From the NCBI GenBank assembly GCA_029210085.1, contig JARGPP010000024.1:4175-68174 (forward strand): 64,000 nt of DNA. Reading direction: 5' to 3'. The notes under the pieces were generated by a model. The model did not search any database. It worked only from the letters and a program-made list of their open reading frames with translations, and was not told where the DNA came from. Shown here in pieces: positions 39,115 through 48,395 of the stretch (its first letter is position 1; every line of letters begins with the position of its first letter). This stretch comes from Legionellaceae bacterium (lineage in GTDB: Bacteria; Pseudomonadota; Gammaproteobacteria; Legionellales; Legionellaceae). The position numbers and the translations under genes are program-made.

Positions 39115-40233
39115 ATGTTAGATTTACTTCAACTGTGGAAAAATACTGCTTTGACTCAATCTCAAAGTGCACCGTTAGGCACTTATCCAGATGATACAGA
39201 TTCACGAGCCATTGCTTTTGATAAAAATACATTACAATCTAGTTTTGAGTTTAAAGAAGCGCCCCAAATACTTTTTGTTACAAACACCAAAACACTTGAG
39301 CCTGCCAACACTTACGAAACATTACCCGAAGTCACGCTCACCCCTGCTGAAGAAGCCATTCGTTTAGACATCATCGCGCAACAAAAAGCACGTAATCCCT
39401 CTTTTTATGATGGTAAACAAATGCTGATATCAGGTGTTCTTTATGATGAGGACAGTAACACACTATATCTCGAAGCCAAGCGAGTGCCTTACTCTTTTAT
39501 TGTCGCTCTCAATAGTAAAAAATTTCCTGAAGACAGTCGGTTATATGATTTAAAACTCTTTAAAACAGGTGTGCTTGCACCGCTCATCACACGTGATGAT
39601 ATGATGCTCTTGCTCGAGCGTTCAGCACTCGGATTACGCTCAGTTCCTGCAGGATTTCTTGAAGCAGAAGACGGCATACTCAACTTTGATGATACCCGCA
39701 ATTTAGTCACCGAAACTGCAAACAACGAAATACTCGAAGAAATTGCTGGCATCAAAGGAAAGAAGACTCAGCGTTTTGAGTATTCTACCCCGCAAGTCAC
39801 AGCAATTTCTTTTAGACAAACAGGCACACTCCCGATTGGCACAATTGAATTTGTCGCACCTGCTTATACACACTGTCATAGCAGCTACTTACAAGAACAT
39901 GTTGTTCCCGATAATTTAGCTAAAGATGCTAAAGAACATACAACTCGAAGTGATTTGATTCCTTTAGAAGCTCGAAAAAGAGAGCAACTGCTCAGTCTTT
40001 TAATTACAGGCCCTGAAGCACTTCCTGGCCGGAGTTTATATTTACCGCTCGCAATCAGTACGGCTCGCCTTGCCAATCAAAACACTTGTACAGATGCTTT
40101 ACCAAGACATATCCCAACAGATGTTTCTCGCGTATGGCCACTGAGCATATTTAAAGCTGAACCTAGCAGGCCATTGATTAAGGCCAGCGCTGAGGGAGAG
40201 GTAGAAGAAGAAAAAACATGTCAACTGTCCTAA
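39115..40233 (+). CDS. Hypothetical Nudix-like protein with non-canonical Nudix box and Glu-rich C-terminus
   Basis: 372 aa. A pre-Nudix-like N-domain (ARNPSFYDGKQMLISGVLYDEDSNTLYLEAKRVPYSF) is followed by LLLERSALGLRSVPAGFLE...ETANNEILEEIAGI. The conserved Arg is replaced by Asn and there is about a 10-aa insertion. The tail is KASAEGEVEEEKTCQLS. Confidence 0.5.
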   Translation: MLDLLQLWKNTALTQSQSAPLGTYPDDTDSRAIAFDKNTLQSSFEFKEAPQILFVTNTKTLEPANTYETLPEVTLTPAEEAIRLDIIAQQKARNPSFYDGKQMLISGVLYDEDSNTLYLEAKRVPYSFIVALNSKKFPEDSRLYDLKLFKTGVLAPLITRDDMMLLLERSALGLRSVPAGFLEAEDGILNFDDTRNLVTETANNEILEEIAGIKGKKTQRFEYSTPQVTAISFRQTGTLPIGTIEFVAPAYTHCHSSYLQEHVVPDNLAKDAKEHTTRSDLIPLEARKREQLLSLLITGPEALPGRSLYLPLAISTARLANQNTCTDALPRHIPTDVSRVWPLSIFKAEPSRPLIKASAEGEVEEEKTCQLS

Positions 40234-40284
40234 AAAATATTATTGCTAAGCTTATTTCTCTTGCTCTCCTTTTTATTGTCTAAA

Positions 40285-40317
40285 GTACCGGCGAAAGCCG
40301 GTACCCCCCTTTTTTTA
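40285..40317 (+). terminator. Rho-independent terminator after ORF 39115..40233
   Basis: GTACCGGC-gaaa-GCCGGTAC, an 8-bp GC-rich stem with a GNRA-like loop, followed by CCCCC and TTTTTTT. Confidence 0.8.
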
Positions 40318-40488
40318 AATAAGCACTGAGCCCCGCAATGAAAATCACGAAATAAATAAATTCGAAAAACAACATTGATTAAATTCAATTTAAAGAAAAC
40401 TGATTTACCCCACCTATTTAAAAATAATAATTGTGCGTAAAATAAGTAATTTTATCCAATACTCAGCATCTACATCAAGAGAGCTTTT

Positions 40489-42132
40489 ATGCTTCCATTA
40501 AAATTAATATGCGCTATTGGTTTTCTTTTTTACTTTAAGTTAGCGTCTGCTGAACACCATGAACACATACCTCATGCACCACAAAACCAACCAGACACAT
40601 CTCCTTGGTATCTTGATACCGGTATACGATACTGGCTTGGCAAAAGTAATTTTAAGTGGAATCTATACGACATAGTAGGCGAAAAACTGCTTTCTCGTTT
40701 GACCTATCAAGACATTAAAACAAGTACAGCAGAAGGATTCTGGCGACTTAACCATCAAAGCGGTATTTTCTTTAAAGGATATGTTGGTGCGGGATCTAAT
40801 ATTGGCGGCAATTTTTTTGATGAAGATTTTTCGCCTGCTGTTGATATTTACTCTCAAACCCAGAGTGACCAAAAATATGGCCGTTTGAGCTATTTAAGCA
40901 TCGACTTGGGATATCATTTATTCCAATCTGGACATTACAGACTGAGCCCATTTATGGGTTATCATTATTGGTTCACACATTACAATAGCTTCGGGTGTGA
41001 ACAAAAAGCTGATAATCCTGATATATGTGCAACTTTTTCTTTCTCGAATGCAACCGACATACTCAATGATAATGCGAGTTGGAATTCTTTACGTCTTGGC
41101 ATAAATGGAGAAATACAGCTTTTAGAAAACCTCAATTTTGTTTTAGACGCGGCCTATATTTACGCTTATCTTTTAGGGCATGACTTTCATAATTTAAGAC
41201 CTGACATTCGGGGTGAGTTCTTTGAAGGAACAGGGAACGGTGCGCAAATCGATATGGCCTTCAATTGGCTTGCAACCTCTAATTTTTCTATGGGTATCGG
41301 TGCACGTTGGTGGACCGTTAAAACAACCGGTCACGCTCACTTTGAAGAAACCGCTGTTCAAGGGCGACCACAGTATATTAATACCACACAAAATAACTAC
41401 GGCATCATGATTCAATCTCAATATCAATTTGATGAGAATAAACAACAAGATAGTTTGATGAATCAATCCGGGAAAAATAGCTCCCTCAAACATTGGGATG
41501 GCCTATTTTTAGGGGCAAACTTAGGTTATGGCGCATCATTTAACAACGCATCTATTCTCCCTTTTGCATCAACACCGGAAAGTATTGCAGATGCTTCTCC
41601 TCTTCTAGTACACCTTCAATCTTCAGGCTTTTTAGGCGGGGGGCAAATAGGCTATCACTGGACCCACAACAATTTACTTTTAGGCATAGAATCAGATATT
41701 GATTATGCCGCGGTTGCTGGTACCAATAGTGTTACCTTTACGCCCTATCCATATATCGTTAATAGTTCCGTTACCCAACAACTCAATTGGTTGGGTACGG
41801 TCAGAGCTAAATTAGGAAAAGTTGTTTCAGATACACTGCTTCCTTACCTAACAGCAGGTTTCTCATATGCAAACACTGAACTGAGTTATGCTGATTCCGC
41901 CTTGTTTATACCTTTAAATCAATCAACTTATACTGCTTATAGCCGTATACAAACACACATCCATTGGGTAGCAGGTGCTGGATTAGAATATGCCGTTAGC
42001 GATCATTTTCACTATAAAATAGAGTATTTATATTTAAATGCAGGCCATTTAAAACTAGATACGCCATATTATGGAATAAACTCAAACTTTACAAATAACA
42101 TACTAAGGCTTGGAATCAATTATTATCTTTAA
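40489..42132 (+). CDS. Outer-membrane protein: omptin-like protease barrel fused to an Omp25/31-type (OMP_b-brl) barrel
   Basis: 547 aa with a signal peptide (..FKLASA|EHHEH). The N-half matches OmpT by eye: SRLTYQD, GGNFFDEDF, HYRLSPFMGYH, GHDFHNLR. It ends ...IMIQSQYQF at 41430. The C-half from 41494 reads WDGLFLGANLGYG...GGGQIGYHW...WVAGAGLEYAV...LRLGINYYL. Confidence 0.65.
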   Translation: MLPLKLICAIGFLFYFKLASAEHHEHIPHAPQNQPDTSPWYLDTGIRYWLGKSNFKWNLYDIVGEKLLSRLTYQDIKTSTAEGFWRLNHQSGIFFKGYVGAGSNIGGNFFDEDFSPAVDIYSQTQSDQKYGRLSYLSIDLGYHLFQSGHYRLSPFMGYHYWFTHYNSFGCEQKADNPDICATFSFSNATDILNDNASWNSLRLGINGEIQLLENLNFVLDAAYIYAYLLGHDFHNLRPDIRGEFFEGTGNGAQIDMAFNWLATSNFSMGIGARWWTVKTTGHAHFEETAVQGRPQYINTTQNNYGIMIQSQYQFDENKQQDSLMNQSGKNSSLKHWDGLFLGANLGYGASFNNASILPFASTPESIADASPLLVHLQSSGFLGGGQIGYHWTHNNLLLGIESDIDYAAVAGTNSVTFTPYPYIVNSSVTQQLNWLGTVRAKLGKVVSDTLLPYLTAGFSYANTELSYADSALFIPLNQSTYTAYSRIQTHIHWVAGAGLEYAVSDHFHYKIEYLYLNAGHLKLDTPYYGINSNFTNNILRLGINYYL

Positions 42133-42250
42133 CTGAGAAGCAACGTTCCCTCTGTATTTCTCATCAAAATGACATGAATATTATCTTAATCAAATCATGC
42201 CTATCACCCATAAAGCGTCATAGGCATAACCGCTCAATATATCATACCTC

Positions 42251-42277
42251 TGCACATGACAAACAACGACATGTGCA
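42251..42277 (+). terminator. Candidate terminator hairpin between the OMP gene and hslU 3' ends
   Basis: TGCACATG-11 nt loop-CATGTGCA, followed by aatatatttt on the plus strand. The U-tract is weak. Confidence 0.3.
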
Positions 42278-42288
42278 AATATATTTTA

Positions 42289-43677
42289 TTATAAAATATA
42301 ACGAGCCAAGTCTTCGTCTTCGACCAATGTGCCTAAATGCTTCTGCACATAATCACGCGTGACTTTCACAGCCTCACCTGCTTTATCAGTCGCTTCAAAA
42401 GATACGGTTTCAAGTAAACGTTCCATCACGGTATATAAACGACGCGCACCAATGTTTTCTGTACGCTCATTCACTTGCCAAGCAACTTCTGCAATACGCT
42501 TAATACCACTTTTATCAAAAGTTAATTTCACGCCTTCAGTTGCCATCAGCGCTGAATATTGCTCAGTCAATGATGCATGTGGTTCTGTTAAAATTTTAAT
42601 GAAATCATCAACACTAAGCGCTGTTAATTCAACACGAATCGGTAAGCGTCCCTGAAGTTCAGCAATTAAATCAGAAGGCTTGGATACATGAAATGCACCG
42701 GATGCAATAAACAAAATATGGTCTGTTTTAATCATGCCATATTTTGTAGAAACAGCAGAGCCTTCGACCAATGGCAATAAGTCACGTTGAACACCCTCAC
42801 GCGATACATCACCGCCGCCATTTTGTTCAGCCCGCTTCGCAACTTTATCAATTTCATCAATAAATACAAAACCGTTTTGCTCAACCGACTCGATTGCTCG
42901 TAATTTAATTTCTTCATCGTTCACTAACTTCGCAGCTTCTTCTTCTCGTAGCACTTTCATCGCTTTATGAATCGGCAACTCTCGACGTTTGATTTTTTCT
43001 GAACCCACTTGCTGAAACATCGACTGAAGCTGGTTGGTCATCTCTTCCATGCCAGGAGGTGCCATGATTTCTATGCCAACAGGAGCAGATGACACATCAA
43101 CTTCAATCACCTGTTCATCTAAATCACCTTCTCGCAATTGCTTACGAAACTTTTGTCTTGCAGATGAATCGCGTCGTGCCTCTCCTTCAGTAGGGGGTAA
43201 TAATGCATCAAGCACACGCTCTTCAGCTGCATCTTCTGCTTGCTGTTCCACTTTTTTCATAGCATTTTCACGTGCCAGTTTAAAGCCAACATCTGCCAAG
43301 TCACGAATAATTGATTCAACATCACGCCCAACATAACCCACTTCAGTAAATTTTGTGGCCTCTACTTTAATAAAAGGTGCATCTGCCAAGCGTGCTAAAC
43401 GCCGTGCAATTTCGGTTTTACCCACACCTGTTGGCCCAATCATCAGTATGTTTTTAGGCATAATTTCAGCACGCAAATCTTCATCTTGGATTTGCATCCG
43501 ACGCCAGCGATTACGCAGTGCAATTGCAACGGCACGCTTTGCGGCATCTTGTCCAATAATATATCGGTCCAATTCTTCAACAATTTCTCTCGGTGTCATT
43601 TCTGCACGAGATGTAATCGCTGTTCCTGGCACCGCAATAACTTCAGGTTTTTCAGAGATTGCTACAGTACTAGCCAT
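42289..43677 (-). CDS. hslU: ATP-dependent protease ATPase subunit HslU
   Basis: Contains [34 protein letters not shown] and Walker [16 protein letters not shown]. The start is either 43677 (8-nt overlap with hslV) or the ATG at 43599, which matches the E. coli N-terminus. Confidence 0.95.
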   Translation of the reverse strand: MASTVAISEKPEVIAVPGTAITSRAEMTPREIVEELDRYIIGQDAAKRAVAIALRNRWRRMQIQDEDLRAEIMPKNILMIGPTGVGKTEIARRLARLADAPFIKVEATKFTEVGYVGRDVESIIRDLADVGFKLARENAMKKVEQQAEDAAEERVLDALLPPTEGEARRDSSARQKFRKQLREGDLDEQVIEVDVSSAPVGIEIMAPPGMEEMTNQLQSMFQQVGSEKIKRRELPIHKAMKVLREEEAAKLVNDEEIKLRAIESVEQNGFVFIDEIDKVAKRAEQNGGGDVSREGVQRDLLPLVEGSAVSTKYGMIKTDHILFIASGAFHVSKPSDLIAELQGRLPIRVELTALSVDDFIKILTEPHASLTEQYSALMATEGVKLTFDKSGIKRIAEVAWQVNERTENIGARRLYTVMERLLETVSFEATDKAGEAVKVTRDYVQKHLGTLVEDEDLARYIL

Positions 43678-44218
43678 GATTCACATCCAATTTTTCAATA
43701 GTCAAATTTTGATTTGTATAAACACACATATCAGCGGCAATGGTTAAACCTTTTTCAACGATTTTAAGTGGAGATAGTTTTGTGTTTTCCATTAAAGCAC
43801 GTGCTGCCGCCTGTGCAAATGGGCCACCTGAACCTATTGCCATTAATCCATTTTCAGGCTCAATCACATCACCATTACCTGTAATAATTAAAGAAGCTTT
43901 CTCATCAGCGACAACCAGCAAGGCTTCAAGACGACGCAACATTTTGTCGGTACGCCAGTCTTTAGCAAGCTCAACTGCTGCACGCACTAAGTGTCCTTGA
44001 TGCATTTCAAGCTTACTCTCAAAACGCTCGAATAAAGTAAAGGCATCAGCCGTACCTCCTGCAAAGCCAGCAATGACTTTATCTTGATATAGGCGCCGCA
44101 CTTTACGCGCATTCCCTTTCATGACGGTATTACCTTGTGAGACTTGCCCATCTCCCCCAATGACCACTTGTTTTCCGTCTCTTACGGATAAAATGGTTGT
44201 TCCTCGAAACTGTTCCAA
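43670..44218 (-). CDS. hslV: ATP-dependent protease subunit HslV
   Basis: 182 aa with the N-terminal catalytic Thr context ([23 protein letters not shown]). Confidence 0.95.
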   Translation of the reverse strand: MEQFRGTTILSVRDGKQVVIGGDGQVSQGNTVMKGNARKVRRLYQDKVIAGFAGGTADAFTLFERFESKLEMHQGHLVRAAVELAKDWRTDKMLRRLEALLVVADEKASLIITGNGDVIEPENGLMAIGSGGPFAQAAARALMENTKLSPLKIVEKGLTIAADMCVYTNQNLTIEKLDVNHG

Positions 44219-44328
44219 ACTATCTCCAAAATCTTAGATGAATAAACTGCTTATCAAGTAGATGGGGATGTTTTAAAAAAAATCAAGCGGAATGCAATTC
44301 AATTAAAATTTCAAGGTTTCTATTAAAA

Positions 44329-44769
44329 TTACAGAGCTTGTTGCTGTGCACACGTACCGCATACACCACGAAGTTCAATCGGATCATGACTTAACTCAAA
44401 AGCATCAAGGCGCGCTAAACGCACCACAGCATCGCGAACCATTACATCTTGCATTTCACGGACATCATGACACGTTGCACAAACCATCAAAACTTCTGAG
44501 CAAGCCAAGGTTTCTGAATCATTACAAAGTGCATAAGATTGAATTGAATCAATTTTATGAACAATACCAGCCGTTACAAAAAAACCCAATGCGCGATAAA
44601 CTGCAGCCGCTGTAACATTGGGTTGATCATCTTTTAGATACTCTAAAATATCATAAGCCTTCAGGGGCTTCTCAGCTTGCCATAATACATGCAGCACTGT
44701 TTTTCGAAGTGAGGTAAGTGTTAATGAAAAGCCTTTGCAATACATCAAAAATTCAGCAGAATAATGCAT
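44329..44769 (-). CDS. zur: Fur-family metalloregulator, Zur-like
   Basis: 146 aa with a winged-helix region (TAAAVYRALGFFVTAGIVHKIDS) and CxxC pairs (CATCHDV, CGTC). It starts 5 nt after the deoB stop. Confidence 0.78.
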   Translation of the reverse strand: MHYSAEFLMYCKGFSLTLTSLRKTVLHVLWQAEKPLKAYDILEYLKDDQPNVTAAAVYRALGFFVTAGIVHKIDSIQSYALCNDSETLACSEVLMVCATCHDVREMQDVMVRDAVVRLARLDAFELSHDPIELRGVCGTCAQQQAL

Positions 44770-44774
44770 GAACC

Positions 44775-46010
44775 CTACTCCTTAGATTCTATCTGCGCAT
44801 CTAAACTAGCTTCTAAAAAAGACACCCCTTCTATATTTTCCGAAAGCGCTAAATGCTCTGCTAAACTCTTACCCATATCTGAAAAACTTGCGCGCTGGCC
44901 AATGGCCTTACTGTGAATCTTTGGACCAAAAGCAATCACAGGAACATGTTCACGAGTATGATCACTACCTGGAAAAGTGGGATCACAACCATGATCAGCC
45001 GAAATTAGAACACAGTCATCTGGTTTTAAGATAGCTTCTAACTCTGGCATACGAGCATCAAATGCCTCAAGTGCTTTTGCATAGCCATCAACATCTCGCC
45101 TATGACCAAATGACGAATCAAAATCAACAAAGTTAGTAAACACCAAACTGCCCGGAGGCGCTGTCTCCATCGCTTTAAGCGTCGCATCAAATAAAGCCAT
45201 ATTGCCATCAGCTTTAATCACTTGTGTTGGCCCTTGATGCGCAAAAATATCTGCTGTTTTACCAATCGCAATGACTTCGCGCCCTGCTGCTTTTAAATAA
45301 TCCAACAACGTTTTTTTAGGCGGTGGGATTGAATAATCGCGTCGATTTCCTGTACGCTTAAAAGCACCTGGGTGACCGATAAAAGGCCGCGCAATCACAC
45401 GCCCAATGTGATAAGGATCAACAAGCTCACGTGCTATTTCACATAAGTCATATAATCGCTTTAAACCAAATGTTTCTTCATGCGCTGCAATTTGAAAAAC
45501 ACTATCGGCTGAAGTATATACAATCGGTTTCCCTGTTTTCAGGTGTGCCTCACCAAGCTCAGTTAGAATATCAGTGCCTGACGCATGTATTTCACCTAAT
45601 ACACCCGGTATATTACTGCGCTTAACGAACTCTGAAATAAGCTCTGGTGGAAAACATTGTGTTTTTTCCGGAAAATAACCCCACTCAAAACGTACAGGTA
45701 CACCCGCAAGTTCCCAATGCCCACTTGGCGTATCTTTACCCAAGCTCTGCTCAACAGCATATCCATAGTGGCTGTCAGGCACTGGTAAGGTTGAAACGTC
45801 AAACACATCGTTTCCTGCACTTGCAACAGCAGCATGATAAAGTCCGAGGCGCGCCAAGTGAGGAATGCAGAGTGGCTTTTTATAAGCAGTTAAAATATGT
45901 CCGAATGTATTTGCACCTTCATCTCCATATACATGTGCATCTGCACTCGCACCAACTCCAAGAGAGTCCATCAATAAAACACAAGCACGGGGCAAAGACG
46001 ACGGGTCCAT
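44775..46010 (-). CDS. deoB: Phosphopentomutase
   Basis: VLLMDSLGVGASADA...GANTFGHIL and SADHGCDPTFPGSDHTREHVPV match the DeoB metal-site motifs. The ATG at 46010 is preferred over 46040 because it avoids overlap with the upstream MFS gene. Confidence 0.9.
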   Translation of the reverse strand: MDPSSLPRACVLLMDSLGVGASADAHVYGDEGANTFGHILTAYKKPLCIPHLARLGLYHAAVASAGNDVFDVSTLPVPDSHYGYAVEQSLGKDTPSGHWELAGVPVRFEWGYFPEKTQCFPPELISEFVKRSNIPGVLGEIHASGTDILTELGEAHLKTGKPIVYTSADSVFQIAAHEETFGLKRLYDLCEIARELVDPYHIGRVIARPFIGHPGAFKRTGNRRDYSIPPPKKTLLDYLKAAGREVIAIGKTADIFAHQGPTQVIKADGNMALFDATLKAMETAPPGSLVFTNFVDFDSSFGHRRDVDGYAKALEAFDARMPELEAILKPDDCVLISADHGCDPTFPGSDHTREHVPVIAFGPKIHSKAIGQRASFSDMGKSLAEHLALSENIEGVSFLEASLDAQIESKE

Positions 46011-46011
46011 T

Positions 46012-47319
46012 TTATACCTCTGTTGACTGTGGTTTAGCAAATGTTTCTTTTAAAAAGAAAACCAATAAAAATGAAATCAAGAAAGCAGCCGGTAAAATCA
46101 GTGCTGCTTTTTGATAAGCAGCAATCGAATAAACGGGGGTACCCTCTACCAATGTCATTTTCCCACTGCTCACCAAAATTGCGCTAAAAAGGTTTTGATA
46201 TATGGTATATCCACCTTGAATTAAAATAGACACAACACTCATTAAAGTTGCAATCATGACCGGCAACGTGCTTTCGGCCACTAAAGCATAACTAATCACC
46301 TGAGCCATCGTGATAAATCCCAATGAGAAAAACAAAAAACCCATCATATGTAATGAAACAGGTGCATATAAAATACAGAACACCACCACAAGTGATATGA
46401 GTGCTCCAAGTTTCATGGGCAGCAAGCGCCGTCCTAATCTATCTGAAAAAAAACCAATTAAAGGTCCACCGAGCATTGCCCCTAAGAACAACATACCATT
46501 CACCATAGATGCTTCAGGCTGGGACACACTCAAACGTTGCATAAGGTATAATTTACCCATAGCTGCACCTAAAACCGCGATGGGTAAATTCATCAAGCTT
46601 GCATAAAGTCCGGCCAATAAGGGCTGTATCTTCATACACCCCTTCCAAACGGTTGCCATAGGAAGCGTTTGATGGACTGGCTCTTCATATCCTTCTGGCT
46701 TATCTTGAATCAGCCACATCATCAACAAAAGCATCACCAGGCCGAGCCAAGCAACATCCAGTACCGCACCACGCCAGCCAACATGAAGTACCAACTCAGT
46801 TAATGGATATTGTGCAAGTAACCCACCTGTCATCGCCATCGTAACAATGACGCCTGTCACCATCGCCATACGCTTAGGTGGAAACCAGCGTGTGGCTAAT
46901 CGAACTGGCCCTAAAAAACAAAATGCACTGGTTAGACCTGCCACCAATCGACACACCAAAGCAATACCAAAATGGGTTGTGTACGCTAAAACAAAAGTAC
47001 TCAGCATACAAAAAAACATTGCGACTATCAGCGTTCTCTTAATAGAGACTCTATCTAATAGAATGCCTGCCACCAGCAAAAAAACAACATTTGCTAAATA
47101 ATAAACACCCGATAAATACATGAGTTTATTGGCTTGAATGCCAAAGTCACGCATCACGTGGTCGGCAATCGAAGCAAACATGTTGCCTTGAACAAACTGA
47201 TAGAAAAAAAATAATGACGCTGCAAGACAAACAAGCCAAGGCTGCATCGCAGTATATGTATGGTTTTCTTTATTCACCGTCAACCTCAAACTTTTTGTGC
47301 TCAAGCGCTCGCTCCTCAT
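46012..47319 (-). CDS. MFS transporter
   Basis: 435 aa with about 12 hydrophobic segments and motif-A-like GILLDRVSIKRTL. It lies directly upstream of deoB. The start is uncertain. Confidence 0.78.
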   Translation of the reverse strand: MRSERLSTKSLRLTVNKENHTYTAMQPWLVCLAASLFFFYQFVQGNMFASIADHVMRDFGIQANKLMYLSGVYYLANVVFLLVAGILLDRVSIKRTLIVAMFFCMLSTFVLAYTTHFGIALVCRLVAGLTSAFCFLGPVRLATRWFPPKRMAMVTGVIVTMAMTGGLLAQYPLTELVLHVGWRGAVLDVAWLGLVMLLLMMWLIQDKPEGYEEPVHQTLPMATVWKGCMKIQPLLAGLYASLMNLPIAVLGAAMGKLYLMQRLSVSQPEASMVNGMLFLGAMLGGPLIGFFSDRLGRRLLPMKLGALISLVVVFCILYAPVSLHMMGFLFFSLGFITMAQVISYALVAESTLPVMIATLMSVVSILIQGGYTIYQNLFSAILVSSGKMTLVEGTPVYSIAAYQKAALILPAAFLISFLLVFFLKETFAKPQSTEV

Positions 47320-47612
47320 CTACCCAACATCCCCTGTCTATTCCTTTGTTGAACATGGGGCATTAAAAGACGAGGCTATTCTATCAGAAATACTTGCGTA
47401 TTAATATCAAGCGCCTAATATATCTCCATGCACATTTTTTGAATCTACACTTATTTTTATCTCAACATTGAGGCGAGAGTCACCCTACATAGTTAATAGA
47501 TTGAATCCAACATAAAACTTTTTTCAAAATAAAAGCAAATCACAATCACGCCATACATCATTATTGTTATAATCTTTATGTTATTTTCTCTCTATTTTCA
47601 TTGACCAAAACC

Positions 47613-47641
47613 TTGACTCAGCGTACAGCTACCACTAGAAT
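47613..47641 (+). promoter_or_regulatory. Candidate sigma70 promoter of the rpsU operon
   Basis: TTGACT, a 17-nt spacer, then TAGAAT. It lies about 55 nt upstream of the rpsU ATG, which has RBS aagaggac. Confidence 0.5.
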
Positions 47642-47696
47642 ATGGGCTCATTGATTATTATTAAATAAATACTATTTAGATTAAGAGGACCCTTGA

Positions 47697-47921
47697 ATGC
47701 CTACAGTTCGCGTCAAAGAAGGCGAAAACCCTGAATATGCACTTCGCCGTTTTAAACGTTCTTGCGAAAAAGCTGGAATTTTAACCGAACTGCGTCGTCG
47801 TGAGTTTTACGAAAAACCAACAGCTGAGCGTAAACGTAAACAAGCTGCTGCTGTCAAACGTCACTTGAAAAAAATTGCACGTGAAACCATCTCTAAAAAA
47901 ATCAACAAACGTCGCCGGTAA
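47697..47921 (+). CDS. rpsU: 30S ribosomal protein S21
   Basis: 74 aa: [42 protein letters not shown], near-canonical S21. Confidence 0.96.
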   Translation: MPTVRVKEGENPEYALRRFKRSCEKAGILTELRRREFYEKPTAERKRKQAAAVKRHLKKIARETISKKINKRRR

Positions 47922-47923
47922 TC

Positions 47924-48367
47924 ATGAGCCTCAAAGCTAAAATCGAGACTGAACTAAAAGAAGCCATGCGTGCGCGTGAACAGCGCACGGTTAATGCGCT
48001 TCGTTTAATAACAGCAGCTATGAAGCAAATTGAAGTTGATGAGCGTATTGAGCTTGATGACACACGCGTTCTGGCTATTCTCGATAAGTTGGCTAAGCAA
48101 CGGCAAGAGTCTATTTCACAATACCAAGCAGCCCAACGAACCGATTTGGCAGAACAAGAAACTTTTGAACTGACCTTAATTAAACGTTATCTCCCTGAAC
48201 CCCTTTCAGAATCTGAGATAGACGCTTTAATTACAGAAGCATTCTATGAAACATCAGCTCAATCTATGCGTGATATGGGTAAAATCATGGCCTACTTAAA
48301 GCCTCGTATTCAAGGTCGTGCAGATATGGCCGCTATCAGCGCATCTATCAAAGCTAAGCTTCAGTGA
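47924..48367 (+). CDS. yqeY: GatB/YqeY domain-containing protein
   Basis: 147 aa with LKEAMRAREQ...LRLITAAMKQ...YLP, in the typical position between rpsU and dnaG. Confidence 0.88.
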   Translation: MSLKAKIETELKEAMRAREQRTVNALRLITAAMKQIEVDERIELDDTRVLAILDKLAKQRQESISQYQAAQRTDLAEQETFELTLIKRYLPEPLSESEIDALITEAFYETSAQSMRDMGKIMAYLKPRIQGRADMAAISASIKAKLQ

Positions 48368-48395
48368 AACACCCCCATAACCTAGGTAAACGATT

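Noticed and set aside
43034-44000. Plus-strand ORFs of 71-130 aa antisense to hslU and hslV.
   Set aside because: These are shadow frames of highly conserved genes. The translations are Ser/Ala/Arg-rich with no recognisable domain.
45647-46114. 155-aa plus-strand ORF with a striking HLHLHIHVHLHSH run.
   Set aside because: It lies antisense to the N-terminal part of deoB and the end of the MFS gene. The His/Leu run is the complement of the GA/TG-rich codons encoding the conserved DeoB N-terminus, not an independent metal-binding protein.
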